From the human T2T-CHM13v2.0 reference genome, Homo sapiens, in the NCBI RefSeq assembly GCF_009914755.1, contig NC_060931.1: a stretch of 64,000 bases of DNA. One strand, given 5' to 3'. A program made the translations under genes and the position numbers. The notes under the pieces are model-generated. The model worked only from the letters and a program-made list of their open reading frames with translations, had not been told where the DNA came from and ran no database searches. Positions 63,207 to 64,000 of this stretch are shown here, piece after piece (the first letter of the stretch is position 1; each line of letters starts with the position of its first letter).

Positions 63207-64000
63207 AGCCAAAATCAAATTTCCATTCCAATAGCTTTTACTGATGGACACAACATCTTACTGATAGATTCTTTATATTCATTATAACTTTTAAAAATGA
63301 AAATGATCTAAAGCATCATTAAATACTATTTATTAATTAGATGACTCATTCAACTGTATTTTTTGAAGATCAGGTGCTTTTTTAACCTGGGAGCTACAAA
63401 GCTTAACTGATAGGAAAATGTTAATGCTTATGAGAACAGGTATATTATTTTCTGTTGAAGTCTATAGTTTATATACTTCTAAAAAGAAATCTTTGGTACT
63501 GAAAAAGTTAGGAACCATTGCTTTAGACATGTGAAATAAAAATCGCATATTGGATACCATACAAAGGGCTGATACAGAAACTGGTGAAATAAGGAAATGA
63601 TTTTGATTTATTGTTAAGAAATGTGAAATACTTTTGTAAAATAAAAATTGCATATTGGGCACCATACAAAAGGATGATAAAGAAACTGGTGAATTAAGGA
63701 AATGATTCTGACTGACTGTTGATTTAAGAAAGATAGCCATGACTCCAAGTTCAGAAGACTTTAGAAATCCCAAAGTTCATTTCAAGTAAAATCCTTAGAG
63801 GTATACTATATAACTAAACAACCTGGAAAAAATACTTGCTTGAGTATTTTGAACATCAGTAGACTACAAGCTGTGTCTACTAGCAAAGTTTTATCTTTGG
63901 AAAAGGAACTAACAAGGACTGCATCAATGATAATTGCTTTGTTAATCTCGAATCGTCTTACAACATATTAATAAATGGCATGAAGGCAGGAATTTTTTGT

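Overview
Human (primate) genomic DNA from inside the DOCK4 gene (dedicator of cytokinesis 4, a Rac GEF; 7q31 from recall), which is transcribed on the minus strand. I recovered eight consecutive coding exons with canonical AG/GT boundaries and compatible phases: 82, 61, 133, 89, 126, 125, 163 and 107 nt. They encode ...SERFFLRLNRNG...THELIVHK, roughly residues 234-529, including the N-terminal part of the C2/DHR-1 domain. These are probably exons 9-16; that numbering is recalled, not derived. The rest is intron rich in transposable elements: about 30 Alus, L1/L2/MIR, solo LTRs (LTR10A/F-like, MER48-like, MER4, MER31/39-like, MLT1) and DNA-transposon MITEs (MER85, MER33, MER63, MER5, Tigger). 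Points worth follow-up: (1) an ASR/CAS-like (snaR-lineage) Pol III retrocopy with a perfect 17-bp TSD; (2) an LTR10 with a 28-bp AP-1 tandem repeat; (3) a three-level MLT1B>MER85>AluY nest that keeps the CSB-PGBD3 palindrome; (4) a tandem Alu triplication; (5) a tailless 5S rRNA retropseudogene inside an LTR; (6) two phase-symmetric exon blocks (276 and 288 nt) bracketed by inverted Alus, which would give stop-free circular ORFs if back-spliced. I cannot demonstrate a wholly new biological system from sequence alone. Nearly all ORFs in the supplied track are repeat-derived or chance. Repeat subfamily names come from recalled consensus sequences and need RepeatMasker/Dfam confirmation.
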